From: Anaerolineae bacterium
Lineage (GTDB): Bacteria; Chloroflexota; Anaerolineae; Epilineales; Epilineaceae
Reading direction: 5' to 3'
Length of the DNA: 64,000 nucleotides
Assembly: GCA_029262755.1 (NCBI GenBank)
Contig: JAJCYU010000008.1
Coordinates: 114 to 64,113 of the forward strand
Part shown: in pieces, positions 18,904 to 28,811 of the stretch
Position numbering within the stretch: the stretch's first letter is position 1
How the letters are laid out: the number at the start of each line of letters is the position of its first letter
Program-made: the position numbers and the translations under genes
Notes under the pieces: model-generated
Told to the model about the DNA's origin: nothing
Seen by the model: only the letters and a program-made list of their open reading frames with translations
Databases searched by the model: none

Positions 18904-19263
18904 TCACCCCTCCCCCAGCCGCGCCTCCCGCCCGCCCACCGGAAAGCGCCCCTCGTTCCGCGCTACTTTCGCCGCCACCGCCTCGGCCACGTCCACGCCG
19001 ACGGCCTCCGCGATGTAGAGCAGGTAGTTCATCACATCCGCGATCTCGTCGGCGACCTCGGCGCGGAAGGCCGGGTCCTGCGCCGCGGCTTCCTCGATCT
19101 CGGCGTCCGTACGCCACAGGAAATGCTCGGCCAACTCGCCGACCTCGATGCCCAGCGCCAGCGCCAGGTTGCGTGGGCGGTGGTGGTGCGCCCAGTTGCG
19201 CGCATCGCGGAAGGCGAGCAGGTGGGCGCGTAGGTCGGCGATGGTGGTGGTGGCGTCGTTCAT
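18904..19263 (-). CDS. MazG-like (dCTP pyrophosphatase-type) nucleotide pyrophosphohydrolase
   Basis: FRDARNW..HH.PRNLALALGIEVGEL.E.F, DEIADV..YLL, K..RN..RFP. Confidence 0.88.
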   Translation of the reverse strand: MNDATTTIADLRAHLLAFRDARNWAHHHRPRNLALALGIEVGELAEHFLWRTDAEIEEAAAQDPAFRAEVADEIADVMNYLLYIAEAVGVDVAEAVAAKVARNEGRFPVGGREARLGEG

Positions 19264-19557
19264 GGAAGGGTACCCGTGGTGTTGATGTCACTCGGCACGA
19301 AGGCGGGACGGCGTGAACGCGATGATGGGCGGAGGCGCGGTTCACAGCAAGGTCGTATCGCCCTTGTGACGGATGCTACAACCCGTTCGCCCGAAGACGA
19401 GTACGTTTGGGAGGAACACCGGGCTGGGCGAACGCGTACGGCGAGCATCAGGCGTAACGCGTCGCGCTAACAGTCCCGGCCTTGGGCGCCGCAACATCGC
19501 CGTGACCGCGAATCGTCGACCCTCCATGGCAGTAGACATGGGCACAACGCAGGAAGG

Positions 19558-20361
19558 ATGAGGATGCAACTCCACGGATGGATCTATCTCCCGCTGGCCA
19601 TTGCAGGTGTTGTCGTGGGAACCGTCCGGCACGGGATGACGACCCCGGACGGGGACGAGACCGAGCCGGATCTGCGCGTGGATGCATCGCTGGCCGGCGG
19701 GGAGTTGGTCGTCGAAGGAACGGTCGACTTGCCTGACGGCACAATCCTGTTCGTTGTCATCGCATCCTCGATGTTGCAGGAACCGATGGAGTTTCCAGTG
19801 CCGGTCAAAGACGGAGCGTACCGAGCGACCTTCGCAGGCTTGGTCCCCCCGATGCTCGACGCCGCCGTGCGGGTGCGTTTCGATCCCACCTTTAAGCAAG
19901 GGGGCGCACAGCAGCCGGAGGCAGCGCGAGGCCGCAAAGCCGTGACGGTCGATGCCTCGCACATTGACGCCGCAGACAGTGGGCTCTCGCTCGGCTTCAT
20001 GAACACGGAGGACGACTCGCGCTTGCCGAAACTGGAGGCGCGCGCGGAGGTGGTCGGCAACCAGATCGTCGTCGAGGGGACGACCCAGCTGCCGAGTCGC
20101 GCCGAGCTGATAGTGACACCGTTCGGTTCAGACTGGACGGGCGAGCCGCATCATCCGTCGGTGCGGGATCACGCCTTCTCTACCTCTTTCGGCAAACAAT
20201 TGCTTCCCGGCTACCCACCCTTCGTCGAGGTACACGATCTTCCACCGGATACGATGATCCGCATCACCTTCGATCCCGACATCGCGTATTGGGAGGATGA
20301 GCAGGTACTGGAAGCCCGTCGCATGCTGCCTGGCGTGATCGAGATTCCCATCAAGCGGTGA
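19558..20361 (+). CDS. membrane-anchored or exported protein with two internal beta-sandwich-like repeats
   Basis: N-terminal hydrophobic helix. Repeats LVVEGTVDLPDG...VRFDP and IVVEGTTQLPSR...ITFDP. Confidence 0.65.
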   Translation: MRMQLHGWIYLPLAIAGVVVGTVRHGMTTPDGDETEPDLRVDASLAGGELVVEGTVDLPDGTILFVVIASSMLQEPMEFPVPVKDGAYRATFAGLVPPMLDAAVRVRFDPTFKQGGAQQPEAARGRKAVTVDASHIDAADSGLSLGFMNTEDDSRLPKLEARAEVVGNQIVVEGTTQLPSRAELIVTPFGSDWTGEPHHPSVRDHAFSTSFGKQLLPGYPPFVEVHDLPPDTMIRITFDPDIAYWEDEQVLEARRMLPGVIEIPIKR

Positions 20362-20540
20362 TCCACGCGGCGGGTTGGAATTCGATAGGGTCGAGATCGA
20401 CCGTGACCTGCTTGACGTCCGATTGCGATAGCCGGTAGCTTCCCCGGCTTATGTGATCTCGGCGTACTGCGGGTTTTCCCTCGTTGACCTTCGAGACCGA
20501 ACTACTCGTGCGCTCCACTCCTGACTGTAGGAGCCCCTCC

Positions 20541-21494
20541 ATGCCCCCGGCCATCGCCCTCGCTACCGTCGCCGGCATCCCCTACGCCGCCGAGCACGAT
20601 CGTCCGCTCGTCGAAGCGCTGCGCGCACGCGGGGTGGCAGCCGAGCGCGTGATATGGAACGATCCGGCCGCGGACTGGGCCCTCTACGGCCTGGTCATCG
20701 TGCGCTCGACGTGGGACTACGACCGACCCGACCGGATCGAAGCATTCCGCGCTTGGATCGATCATGTCGCCGCGCGCACGCAGCTGTGGAACCCGCCCGA
20801 CGTGCTGCGCTGGAACCTCGACAAACGCTACCTGCGCGATCTCGCACGGCGCGGCGTGGCCGTGCCGGAGACCGAGTGGCTCGAGCGCGGCGCGGATGCC
20901 ACACTGGCCGCAATCCTGAACGAACGCGGCTGGCGCGAGGCCGTCGTGAAGCCGGTCGTGTCGGCGTCCGCGCGCGAGACGTACCGCGTGCACCGCGACG
21001 ACGTCGCGGCGGCGGAGCGCACTTTTGCGCGCAACTTGGCGCGTGAGGCGATGATGGTCCAGGCCTTCGTGCCCGAGGTCGTTGCTTGGGGCGAGCTGTC
21101 GGTGATCGTCATCGACGGCGTCGTCACCCACGCCGTCCGCAAGCGCCCCGCGCCGGGCGACTTCCGTGTGCAGATCGAGCACGGTGGCTCGGAGACGCGC
21201 GTCGAGCTCGATGCGCCGATGATCCAGGCCGCCGAACGCGTCCTGCGCGCCGTCGAGCACGATGGTCCGCTGCCCTACGCCCGCGTCGACCTCGTCCCGC
21301 GCGGCGCGGCGGACGTCCGCGCGGAACGCGACGCCGGTCCGATCGGCGACGAGCGATCACCGCGCGACGCCGAGGCTCTGTTGCTCGAGCTGGAGCTCGT
21401 GGAGCCGAGCCTGTTTCTCGACCTGTGTCCGGAGGCCGCCGAGCGTCTCGCGGATGCAGCGGTCGCGGCGGTGGGCGTGGGCGGGGCGACGTGA
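20541..21494 (+). CDS. ATP-grasp protein (RimK/glutathione synthetase-like)
   Basis: VRSTWDY, WNLDKRYL, VVKP, GDFRVQ..HGG, YARVD, ELELVEPSLF. AGGAG SD. Confidence 0.88.
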   Translation: MPPAIALATVAGIPYAAEHDRPLVEALRARGVAAERVIWNDPAADWALYGLVIVRSTWDYDRPDRIEAFRAWIDHVAARTQLWNPPDVLRWNLDKRYLRDLARRGVAVPETEWLERGADATLAAILNERGWREAVVKPVVSASARETYRVHRDDVAAAERTFARNLAREAMMVQAFVPEVVAWGELSVIVIDGVVTHAVRKRPAPGDFRVQIEHGGSETRVELDAPMIQAAERVLRAVEHDGPLPYARVDLVPRGAADVRAERDAGPIGDERSPRDAEALLLELELVEPSLFLDLCPEAAERLADAAVAAVGVGGAT

Positions 21495-21672
21495 CGCTGC
21501 GGCAACTATCACGTGGCGCGCGACGAGTCCCGCCGGTCAAGACCGTGACTCGCGACGGTGGCCGTCGACCGCGATCAGCAGCCGCCAAGCACAACTATCG
21601 GCCAATACCCGCCAATCACGAACCACCCAACACCCACCACCCACCACCCCACCACGACTCAGGAGCCCGCCG

Positions 21673-22227
21673 ATGTCCCTCAGCCGCGAAGACCGCGCCG
21701 CCATCCTCCGCCTAGCGCGGCGCTTCGAACGCGACGCGGCATCCGCCATTGAGCACTACGAGGATCCGGACTTCGGTCGGACGAATCGCGGCGGCGGTGA
21801 TGCCGAGGATGCGATCCTCATTCCCTGTGCCCTGCGGGTCGACGGGATTGCCTATGCAGATGCGACGGACTTCGACTACAACGCGGCCATCGCGGCGTTT
21901 CATCACACGGGGACATGGGCGCACGCGGACCTCGCTGAGCGGATGAGCTGCTTATTCGTGCAGCAGCGGTGGCTGTACAAATGGGGCGGCGAGCGCGGTG
22001 GGCGGGATGACGCGGACTGGAACGCCTTCCGCTCGTTGTTCCTGAGTGTCTGCGATCACGATCCGCCGCCCGAGATGGATCCCTATATCTTCAGCGACTT
22101 CCTCGCGTCGTGGGAAGGCGTGATCGGGACCGTAGGCGTGGACGTGAAATCCATCATCCGGGCGATTCACCAGATCACCGAGTACCGACCGTGGCGAGAC
22201 CCGGATGCGCGGGATACATCTCGCTAG
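21673..22227 (+). CDS. hypothetical protein
   Basis: AGGAG SD before ATG 21673; globular, aromatic-rich 184-aa product. Confidence 0.6.
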   Translation: MSLSREDRAAILRLARRFERDAASAIEHYEDPDFGRTNRGGGDAEDAILIPCALRVDGIAYADATDFDYNAAIAAFHHTGTWAHADLAERMSCLFVQQRWLYKWGGERGGRDDADWNAFRSLFLSVCDHDPPPEMDPYIFSDFLASWEGVIGTVGVDVKSIIRAIHQITEYRPWRDPDARDTSR

Positions 22228-22367
22228 CGGGCCAGAAATCTCTGGGTCACGTGCGTTGATCCACTCGCCATTCCCACGCCGGCGGGTTCGTTGCGTTGCC
22301 TCCCAGCGTCCGATAGCGGATGATGAGCATTAACCTTCCGCCTGCGCCCGTTTCCAGGAGCCTTGCC

Positions 22368-23000
22368 ATGACCCTCCGCCGAATCGTCTTCTCCCTAGCC
22401 GCCGCCCTCGCAGTGTTCGCGGGCTTCGCGTCCGCCCCGCCCGCCGCCGCGGGACCCGCGGCCTCCGCGCCCGCGGCTCGCGCCATCGCGCCGGCACTCG
22501 CGCTCCCGGCGCAGAGCCCGTCCGGACCCACGAGCTTCGCCGGAACGCTCGGCACGTTCGTCCAGGTGTCGGATGCCTGTTCCTACTATCCGCTCACCCC
22601 CTGCGGCGGTGGCGCCGAGGTGCAGATCTCCGCGCGCGTCGCGGACGGCCTAGCCGCGTGGGTCGGGCAGACCGTGCGCATCGACGTCGAGTACGAGGTC
22701 TGCGGTAGCGGGATCGCGGGGCAGCCGCTCACCGGTCCCGTCGCGGTGCGCGTCGAAGCGCTCCATGCGCCGTGCCCGGCAGCCGTGACCTGCCGGCGCC
22801 TGACCGGACGTGTACCGGACGCCGCGATCCAGGCGGCGCTCGCCAACCCGAGCAACGTGATGGGCTGGCTCGACCGCTGCAACCCGGCCATCCCCGGCAG
22901 CCCGGTCAACGGTCTGCGCTACAACCTGAGCCTGCGCAACAGCGCCGTGCCCTACCACCCGATTTACAACCATCTTGTGTTCCGCTGCGGCTGCCCATAG
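22368..23000 (+). CDS. secreted Cys-containing protein with C-terminal ALANP..GW..CNP..YHP..CGCP domain
   Basis: AGGAG SD; signal peptide MTLRRIVFSLAAALAVFAGFASA; ends LVFRCGCP. Confidence 0.75.
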   Translation: MTLRRIVFSLAAALAVFAGFASAPPAAAGPAASAPAARAIAPALALPAQSPSGPTSFAGTLGTFVQVSDACSYYPLTPCGGGAEVQISARVADGLAAWVGQTVRIDVEYEVCGSGIAGQPLTGPVAVRVEALHAPCPAAVTCRRLTGRVPDAAIQAALANPSNVMGWLDRCNPAIPGSPVNGLRYNLSLRNSAVPYHPIYNHLVFRCGCP

Positions 23001-23218
23001 GCGGGAGCGGGGTATGGGTTCGGGGCCGGCGAGACGCTAGTTCGAAAACAATCTCCACGGCACTGATCCACCCTCAACTGGTGCGGATCCGATGATCGCG
23101 TCGCCCCGAGGTCGCACGTTCGTCGCGTAGTGACTGGCGTGAAGGCAGTCCAGAGTCATATCCTGTGATCACGCCCGCTCCGACATGCTACGATTGCGCA
23201 CCGAGTATTACTAGGACT

Positions 23219-23473
23219 ATGAGCATGGCCATGATGCGCACTTCGATCACGATGGAGGACGATCTGCTCGAACAAGCGACTCGCATCGCCGAGGAGCTCG
23301 AGATATCACGCAGCCGGGTGATCGCCATCGCGATGCGCGAGTTTATCGAGCGGCGGCGCAACAGTCGGACTTTGGATGCCCTGAACAAGGCATACGCGGA
23401 CGAACTCGACTCGGACGAGCAACAATTCCTTCGCGCGGCAACGATTTCCCTCGGTCGGATTGCCGAAGCGTGA
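23219..23473 (+). CDS. ribbon-helix-helix antitoxin (MazE/CopG-like)
   Basis: RTSITMEDDLL...SRSRVI..AMREF...LNKAY. Stop overlaps toxin GTG. Exact start among several Met uncertain. Confidence 0.8.
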   Translation: MSMAMMRTSITMEDDLLEQATRIAEELEISRSRVIAIAMREFIERRRNSRTLDALNKAYADELDSDEQQFLRAATISLGRIAEA

Positions 23474-23829
23474 TTCGGCAGGGCGATGTCTATTGGGCGG
23501 ACTTGGGCGCAACCCCCGGATCAGGTCCATCGGAACGACGGCCGGTACTAGTCATCCAAAATGATGTATTCAACTCGAGCCGTATTCGCACCGTCGTAGT
23601 CTGCGCTATCACGACCAACCTGCGGCGCGCTGACGCACCCGGTAACGTCCAGCTTGGCGCGGGCGAGGCCGATTTGCCCCAAGCGAGCGTGGTCAATGTG
23701 TCGCAGATAGCAACACTTGACAGGGCGGAACTCGAAACGTGGATCGGCCGCGTTAATCCGCACCGCGTGCGTCAAATCGTGCGCGGCATGCTGCTCGTTG
23801 TCGTGCCAGGCGAGGCGGACGGAGCGTAG
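23470..23829 (+). CDS. mazF: MazF/PemK endoribonuclease toxin
   Basis: IRQGDVYWADL, GSGP..RRPVLVIQND.FN, ITTN, SVVNVSQIATLD. Confidence 0.92.
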   Translation: MIRQGDVYWADLGATPGSGPSERRPVLVIQNDVFNSSRIRTVVVCAITTNLRRADAPGNVQLGAGEADLPQASVVNVSQIATLDRAELETWIGRVNPHRVRQIVRGMLLVVVPGEADGA

Positions 23830-24287
23830 GGCGTGTCCGCAAGAAACCATTCAGTTGCGCTCGGTCGCTGAACGCGCCGGCAGCGTTGAACGCACCCGCT
23901 CATGGGGGCATTCTGTTATCCCGTCTTATCGCGCAGTCGACGCCGCGCCCCTGAAACGGGCACCGTCACGAAAGCACGGGATCTGCACGCGGAACGACGG
24001 TGCAACGCGCCCCTCGTATCCTGCAGCCACACACGGATCGAGTGTCCCGTTATACCACACAAGGCGGGCGTCCCGCCCCCCAACCTTCCTCATCACGCCT
24101 CCTGCAGCCCTGCTTGTGACGTCGGTCACAACCCGGCAACGCAGGGTGCGTTAAGCTGAGGTGTGCGACCGCGCCGTTCGACCGCGATCGTCCCGCGCCG
24201 AAATCGTCCCTCAACCTACGTCCAACCGCCCCCGCCTCGCCGTCACCGCAGCTGCACGTCCGGACGGCCTGCCCCAAGGAGCCCGCG

Positions 24288-25322
24288 TTGATCGCCCTCT
24301 TCTCGTTCGTTCTCGGCGTCTTCGTCTACTTCTTCTTCCGATCCATCATCTCCGGCTTCTATGCCATCAAGCCCAACGAGCGGGCCGTGCTGACCAGCTT
24401 CGGCCGGGCGGTTCGGATGCCGGCCATGCTCGAGCCGCGTGCACCGGCGCCGGCGTTGAGCGCGGACGAGGAGCAGCGCTATCGCTATCCGGCCGTGGAG
24501 GTCATCAAACCCGGTGGGCCCTACTTTAAGTGGCCTTGGCAGGAGGTGCACCGGGTGGATGTGGCGACGCAATCGGTACCGCTGACCTGGGACCCGACCA
24601 AGCCGCAGAATACGATCGAGGCGGTCACCAAGGACAACCTGACCACGGGGGTCAATGGGCAGATTCGCTATCGGGTCAGCGAGAACAACCTATACGCGTA
24701 CCTCTTCGGGGTGGAGAGCCCGCTCGAGCACGTGATGGGCTACTTTGTGTCCGTGTTGCGCGAGCGCATCGCCACGTTTGTCGATCCACGGGGCGAGAGC
24801 CTCGTGGCTGCCGGAGAGCTCGAGATCGGAGGCGTGACGGCCGCGGAACTGGGCGAGGGCGTGTCCATCAACGATCTGCGCAAGAACCTGCCGCTGCTCA
24901 ACCAGTACATGGAAGAGCAGTGTCTCTCGACGACCGGGCGTTATGGTATCGAGCTCGACGCGGCGCTGATTACCGAGATCGACCCGCCGCAGGCCGTCGA
25001 TCACGCGCTCTCGGCGATCAACAGCACGCGCAATCAGGTGGCGGCCGATATCAGCACCGCACGCGCCAACGCCGAGCAGCAGATCACGATGAGCAAGCGC
25101 GCCGTCGAGATCGCACGCAACAACGCCGAGGCTGAGGTCGCGCCGCTTCGCGAGATGGCGCAGACGCTCGACGGGATCAAGCGCGAGGCTGGGTCGGCCG
25201 GCCTGATGGCCTACCTGCGCAACCAGCGACTGGCGCTACTTGGACGCGCGCGGCGCATCGTGCTCGGCGGGGGCGCATCGTCGCCGCTTGCAGGCGCAGG
25301 GGAAGGAGGCCGCCGTGGATGA
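24288..25322 (+). CDS. SPFH/band 7 domain membrane protein
   Basis: N-terminal TM, ERAVLTSFG, PGGPYFKWPW, TKDN, YGIEL, C-terminal coiled coil. AAGGAG SD with TTG start. Confidence 0.85.
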   Translation: MIALFSFVLGVFVYFFFRSIISGFYAIKPNERAVLTSFGRAVRMPAMLEPRAPAPALSADEEQRYRYPAVEVIKPGGPYFKWPWQEVHRVDVATQSVPLTWDPTKPQNTIEAVTKDNLTTGVNGQIRYRVSENNLYAYLFGVESPLEHVMGYFVSVLRERIATFVDPRGESLVAAGELEIGGVTAAELGEGVSINDLRKNLPLLNQYMEEQCLSTTGRYGIELDAALITEIDPPQAVDHALSAINSTRNQVAADISTARANAEQQITMSKRAVEIARNNAEAEVAPLREMAQTLDGIKREAGSAGLMAYLRNQRLALLGRARRIVLGGGASSPLAGAGEGGRRG

Positions 25323-26205
25323 CGTCGGCTATGGGCTCATCGCGTTCTTTCTCGGCCTGTTCTTCATACCCATGCTCCTGGGCCTGTTCTCCGCCTTTGG
25401 TGTGTTCACCGTTGTGGACGAGGCGGAAGCGCAGGTCTTCACGCTCTTTGGTCGGGTGCTCGGCGTTATCGACGAAGCCGGCCTGCACTCGCCCATCGTT
25501 CGCTTCGGACCGCAGGCGGTGCTGATCCCCTTCTTCGGCAAGCGGACGAAGGTCAGCACGGCGCTGCGCCAACGCTACTTGCGCGGTCAGATGGTCAACA
25601 GCGAGGAAGGAACCCCGATGGGGGTCGGCATCTGGTACGAGATGCAGCTTTCCGATCCCGAGGCCTATCTGTTCCGCAACACGAATCCCGAGGGCAGCTT
25701 GGAGGCCAATGTGGCCTCCAGCACGGTCTCCGTCTTGTCGAACCTGCAGATGGAAAAGCTGCTTGAGGATCGCCATAGCCTCAGCCGCACGGTGCGTGCG
25801 GCCGTGTCGCCCAAGAGCGAGCAGTGGGGCTACCGGCTGGGTTCGGTGTATATCCGCAAGGTCGCGTTCACGGATCGAGGCATGGTGGACAACATCACCG
25901 ACAAGGTGGTGAAGCGACTGGTGCAGGTCACGAGCGCGATCAAGCAGGACGGCGAGAACCGCGTCGGACTGATCGAGAGCGAGACGGCCAAGAAGGTCAG
26001 CCAGCAGCTGGCCGAGGCGGCCGCGATGCGACCCGGCGTGGTCGGCGCGATGCTCAACGAGATCGGACGCGGCGACCCCGAGATCCTCGAAGCGCTGATG
26101 AACGTGCTCGAGACGGAAGAGCTCGTGTCCTCCGGCGCGCCGGTCGAATGGCTGCCGGAAGGTGTGAGCGTGTTGGTGTCGCTTGGGGATTCGCGCGAGA
26201 CGTAG
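25315..26205 (+). CDS. SPFH/band 7 domain membrane protein
   Basis: AAGGAGG SD before GTG 25315; TM; LFGRV..VIDEAGLH; WGYRLGSVYIR. Confidence 0.85.
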   Translation: MDDVGYGLIAFFLGLFFIPMLLGLFSAFGVFTVVDEAEAQVFTLFGRVLGVIDEAGLHSPIVRFGPQAVLIPFFGKRTKVSTALRQRYLRGQMVNSEEGTPMGVGIWYEMQLSDPEAYLFRNTNPEGSLEANVASSTVSVLSNLQMEKLLEDRHSLSRTVRAAVSPKSEQWGYRLGSVYIRKVAFTDRGMVDNITDKVVKRLVQVTSAIKQDGENRVGLIESETAKKVSQQLAEAAAMRPGVVGAMLNEIGRGDPEILEALMNVLETEELVSSGAPVEWLPEGVSVLVSLGDSRET

Positions 26206-26515
26206 GCGGCGCAGGCACGCGCATGAAACGCGTGAACGATGCGGAGCAATGGATGGAGGGCCGCCCAGCCGGCAGTCGGACGGCCCTTCGTGCCGATCGC
26301 ACCGCAGGGTTGTGACATCCGACACAGCTCGTGTGACGCCGTCCGGGTAGGCTAGGACTGGGCGAACTCGGGGACGGGAAGGGCCGTCGGGCTGCGATCC
26401 TGCAGCGACCGCGCTTCGCTTTGAACACCCGATGCTACCGGCCTCGCGTCGGCGGCTACCGGCGCCGGAGCGGCCATGTTGCCGTCCGTGCCCTGCCGGG
26501 AGGAGCGTGCGCACC

Positions 26516-27526
26516 ATGCCGAGATCGTCGACTCGATGCGACATCCAATACCTTGCCGCACAATCCGCCCTGGATGCACAGGTGGCCTACTGCCTGCCCC
26601 TGCATGTCGAAGTGCCCGCGGCCGCGCGGGCCTGGCTGCGATTCCAATTGGGCGGGAAGCGGGTGACGCCCGTTGCCGACCGCTCCTCCCGCAAGGGCGC
26701 GACCCGCGAGGCCGGGCCCGTCGGGCACAACATCGCGTTCACGCGCGAGGGCCTCGTGCGCTTCGGTCTCGCTGCCGACGGCCTAGGTGACGCCGAGTCT
26801 GCGTGGGGCGGCGCGCAACAACGGGTACGCTTCGGCGGGTCTGGTGCCGTCCAGGGTGCAGAGCCCGGCATGGGATCCGTACAGCTCGATCCGCTTGCCG
26901 TCCATCCCGATACCATCGTCCACGTTCTCTGGCTGCTCTGGGGTCGCGACCCCGAGCGCGTCGAACGCGATCTCGCGCGGCAGATGCGTCGTGCGGAGCG
27001 CGGTGGCATGCGGATGATCGAGAGGCCGGTTGCGCTTTCACCGGATGGCGATAGTCCGAGCGCGCGTACGCGGCGCATGAACGGGATCCTGGCGCCACGC
27101 GTGCGCCGCCGCGTGCCGATCACGGTGCCCGCTGCCCATGATCCGGACCATATCTTGCCGGCCGCACGACGGCGGAGGCGGTTGCTCGCCCGGCGGGACG
27201 AGAGCCGAAGGGATGTGGGCGCCAACGGGACGATGTGGCGCGCGCCGCAGGGCGTACTGGGCGACGAGGAGCGTGTTTTCCTGCCCGGATTGACAGCCCT
27301 GGCCTACCTGGCTGCGGAAACACCGGGGGTCCCGGACACACGCGTGAGCGGTCCGGCCCATCCCTCGACATCGACGTCCGCCGCGCCCACTACGTCTGCG
27401 ACGACCACCGTGCACCGCGGATCCTCGCGATCCACGACAGCGAGCCGGACTCGGCGCCCATCCGATCACCGGGCGCCCGAACCGGTCGCGGCCGGACGCG
27501 GCTCGGCGGCCGACCCGGGGGCCTGA
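26516..27526 (+). pseudogene. degenerate Dyp-type peroxidase
   Basis: Retains DIQ, ARAWL, NIAFT.EGL..GL, VHVL, GANGT and FLPGLTALAYL. The GxxDG motif and the heme-ligand segment are not visible. Confidence 0.5.
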
Positions 27527-27593
27527 TCGCGGTCGCCGGTCGGCCATCGTCTCTTTGGACCCAAGCGCAGAACGGGACTAGATTCAACGACTT

Positions 27594-28703
27594 ATGTCCC
27601 AGCCCAACGTTTTTCTCCTCCCTGCCGCGCACGAAGCGGACCGTTTTGCCTCCGCATTGCATGCGCTGATCCGGCACGAGCCGGCCGTCGGCCGCGTGAT
27701 GGTGGCGTGGTTGGCGGATATGTCGACCGCGAGCGGTGAAGGATCGGACAATGGCGCGAGTCCGCGCTTTGAGCGCGCCGAGCTGCACGTGCATCACGAT
27801 CCGGCGGACAGGCCCGATCTGAGCCTATTGTGCGAGGGCGTCGAGATCCTCTGCGCGCACAAGCTCGTGCTCGAGCACCTGGAATCGCAGCTCGAGCGCT
27901 ACCTGGGCCGCAGCGGCGAGGGCGGGCGCGAGGCACGGCTTGCGGTCATTGCGCGGGATCCGGTGGATCTGCCGCAGACGGTAACGGATGCTCCGGACTT
28001 TTTGGCGCCGCGGCCGCGCACCCTGCAGGACGGGGAGCCGCGTGAGCACGCGGAGAACGAGCACCATTGTTGGTCCGGGCTGTACCAGGCGCTGGAAGCG
28101 GACGCGGAGACCAGCGCAAGCTCGTTGGTCCGCGATTTTCTGGCGTACATGGACACCCTCGGCATGCATCCTTGGCGGATGGGTCGGTGGGAAGACCTCT
28201 TTACGCACTCGGCCTCCGCGTCGCTGATGTACGGCACGTGGGCGGAGGTGAAGTCGGCGCTCTCCGACGTGGCGAGCACGTTTACGCGCGACAGCAACGG
28301 TCTTGGCATGCTGATCAAGCGACCGCGGCCCTGGATGCGCGCGCTCTACGTCGTGATCGAGCGCGAGGCCGGGGTGACGGTATCGGGTATCGACCTGGCG
28401 CAGCCGGTGCTCACGGCGCGGGCGTGGGTCGGACGATCGCGTCCGGAGGCCAAGGCGCTGCGCGCGCAGGAGGCGGGAACGATCCAGGGCGAGATGGGCC
28501 TCATCGCACACGCGCCGGCGCGCGAGGTCGCGGAATGGGATCCCTTCCTGACGCTGGCCCGCGAGTGGCACGAGCCGCTTGAGGACGTGGTCGTCGGCGA
28601 CCGCGACGCCACGGTGGCGCGTCTCGCCGGCTTCGTGCGACGCGTGCTGGAGCACGCCACGGAGGCCGTCGAGGGCGAGGTGGAGGGGCTGGGGACGTCG
28701 TAG
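27594..28703 (+). CDS. PD-(D/E)xK-fold protein, probably catalytically degenerate
   Basis: DRPDL...ILCAHK...QLERYL, with AHK where ExK is expected. Confidence 0.55.
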   Translation: MSQPNVFLLPAAHEADRFASALHALIRHEPAVGRVMVAWLADMSTASGEGSDNGASPRFERAELHVHHDPADRPDLSLLCEGVEILCAHKLVLEHLESQLERYLGRSGEGGREARLAVIARDPVDLPQTVTDAPDFLAPRPRTLQDGEPREHAENEHHCWSGLYQALEADAETSASSLVRDFLAYMDTLGMHPWRMGRWEDLFTHSASASLMYGTWAEVKSALSDVASTFTRDSNGLGMLIKRPRPWMRALYVVIEREAGVTVSGIDLAQPVLTARAWVGRSRPEAKALRAQEAGTIQGEMGLIAHAPAREVAEWDPFLTLAREWHEPLEDVVVGDRDATVARLAGFVRRVLEHATEAVEGEVEGLGTS

Positions 28704-28811
28704 CGGAGCGCGGGTCGCGAAGTCCGTGGCGTTGTATTGCCCGGCCGACCGATCCGGCGATCGGTGGGGGCCCATCTCCCGGATCCCGATCACCCATCCA
28801 GCGCAGCGCGC

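Noticed and set aside
19372..19450. Extended hairpin (gatgct...cgttcgccc...gggcgaacg...agcatc) as ncRNA
   Set aside because: Short stems are expected by chance at this GC content; no supporting promoter or terminator.
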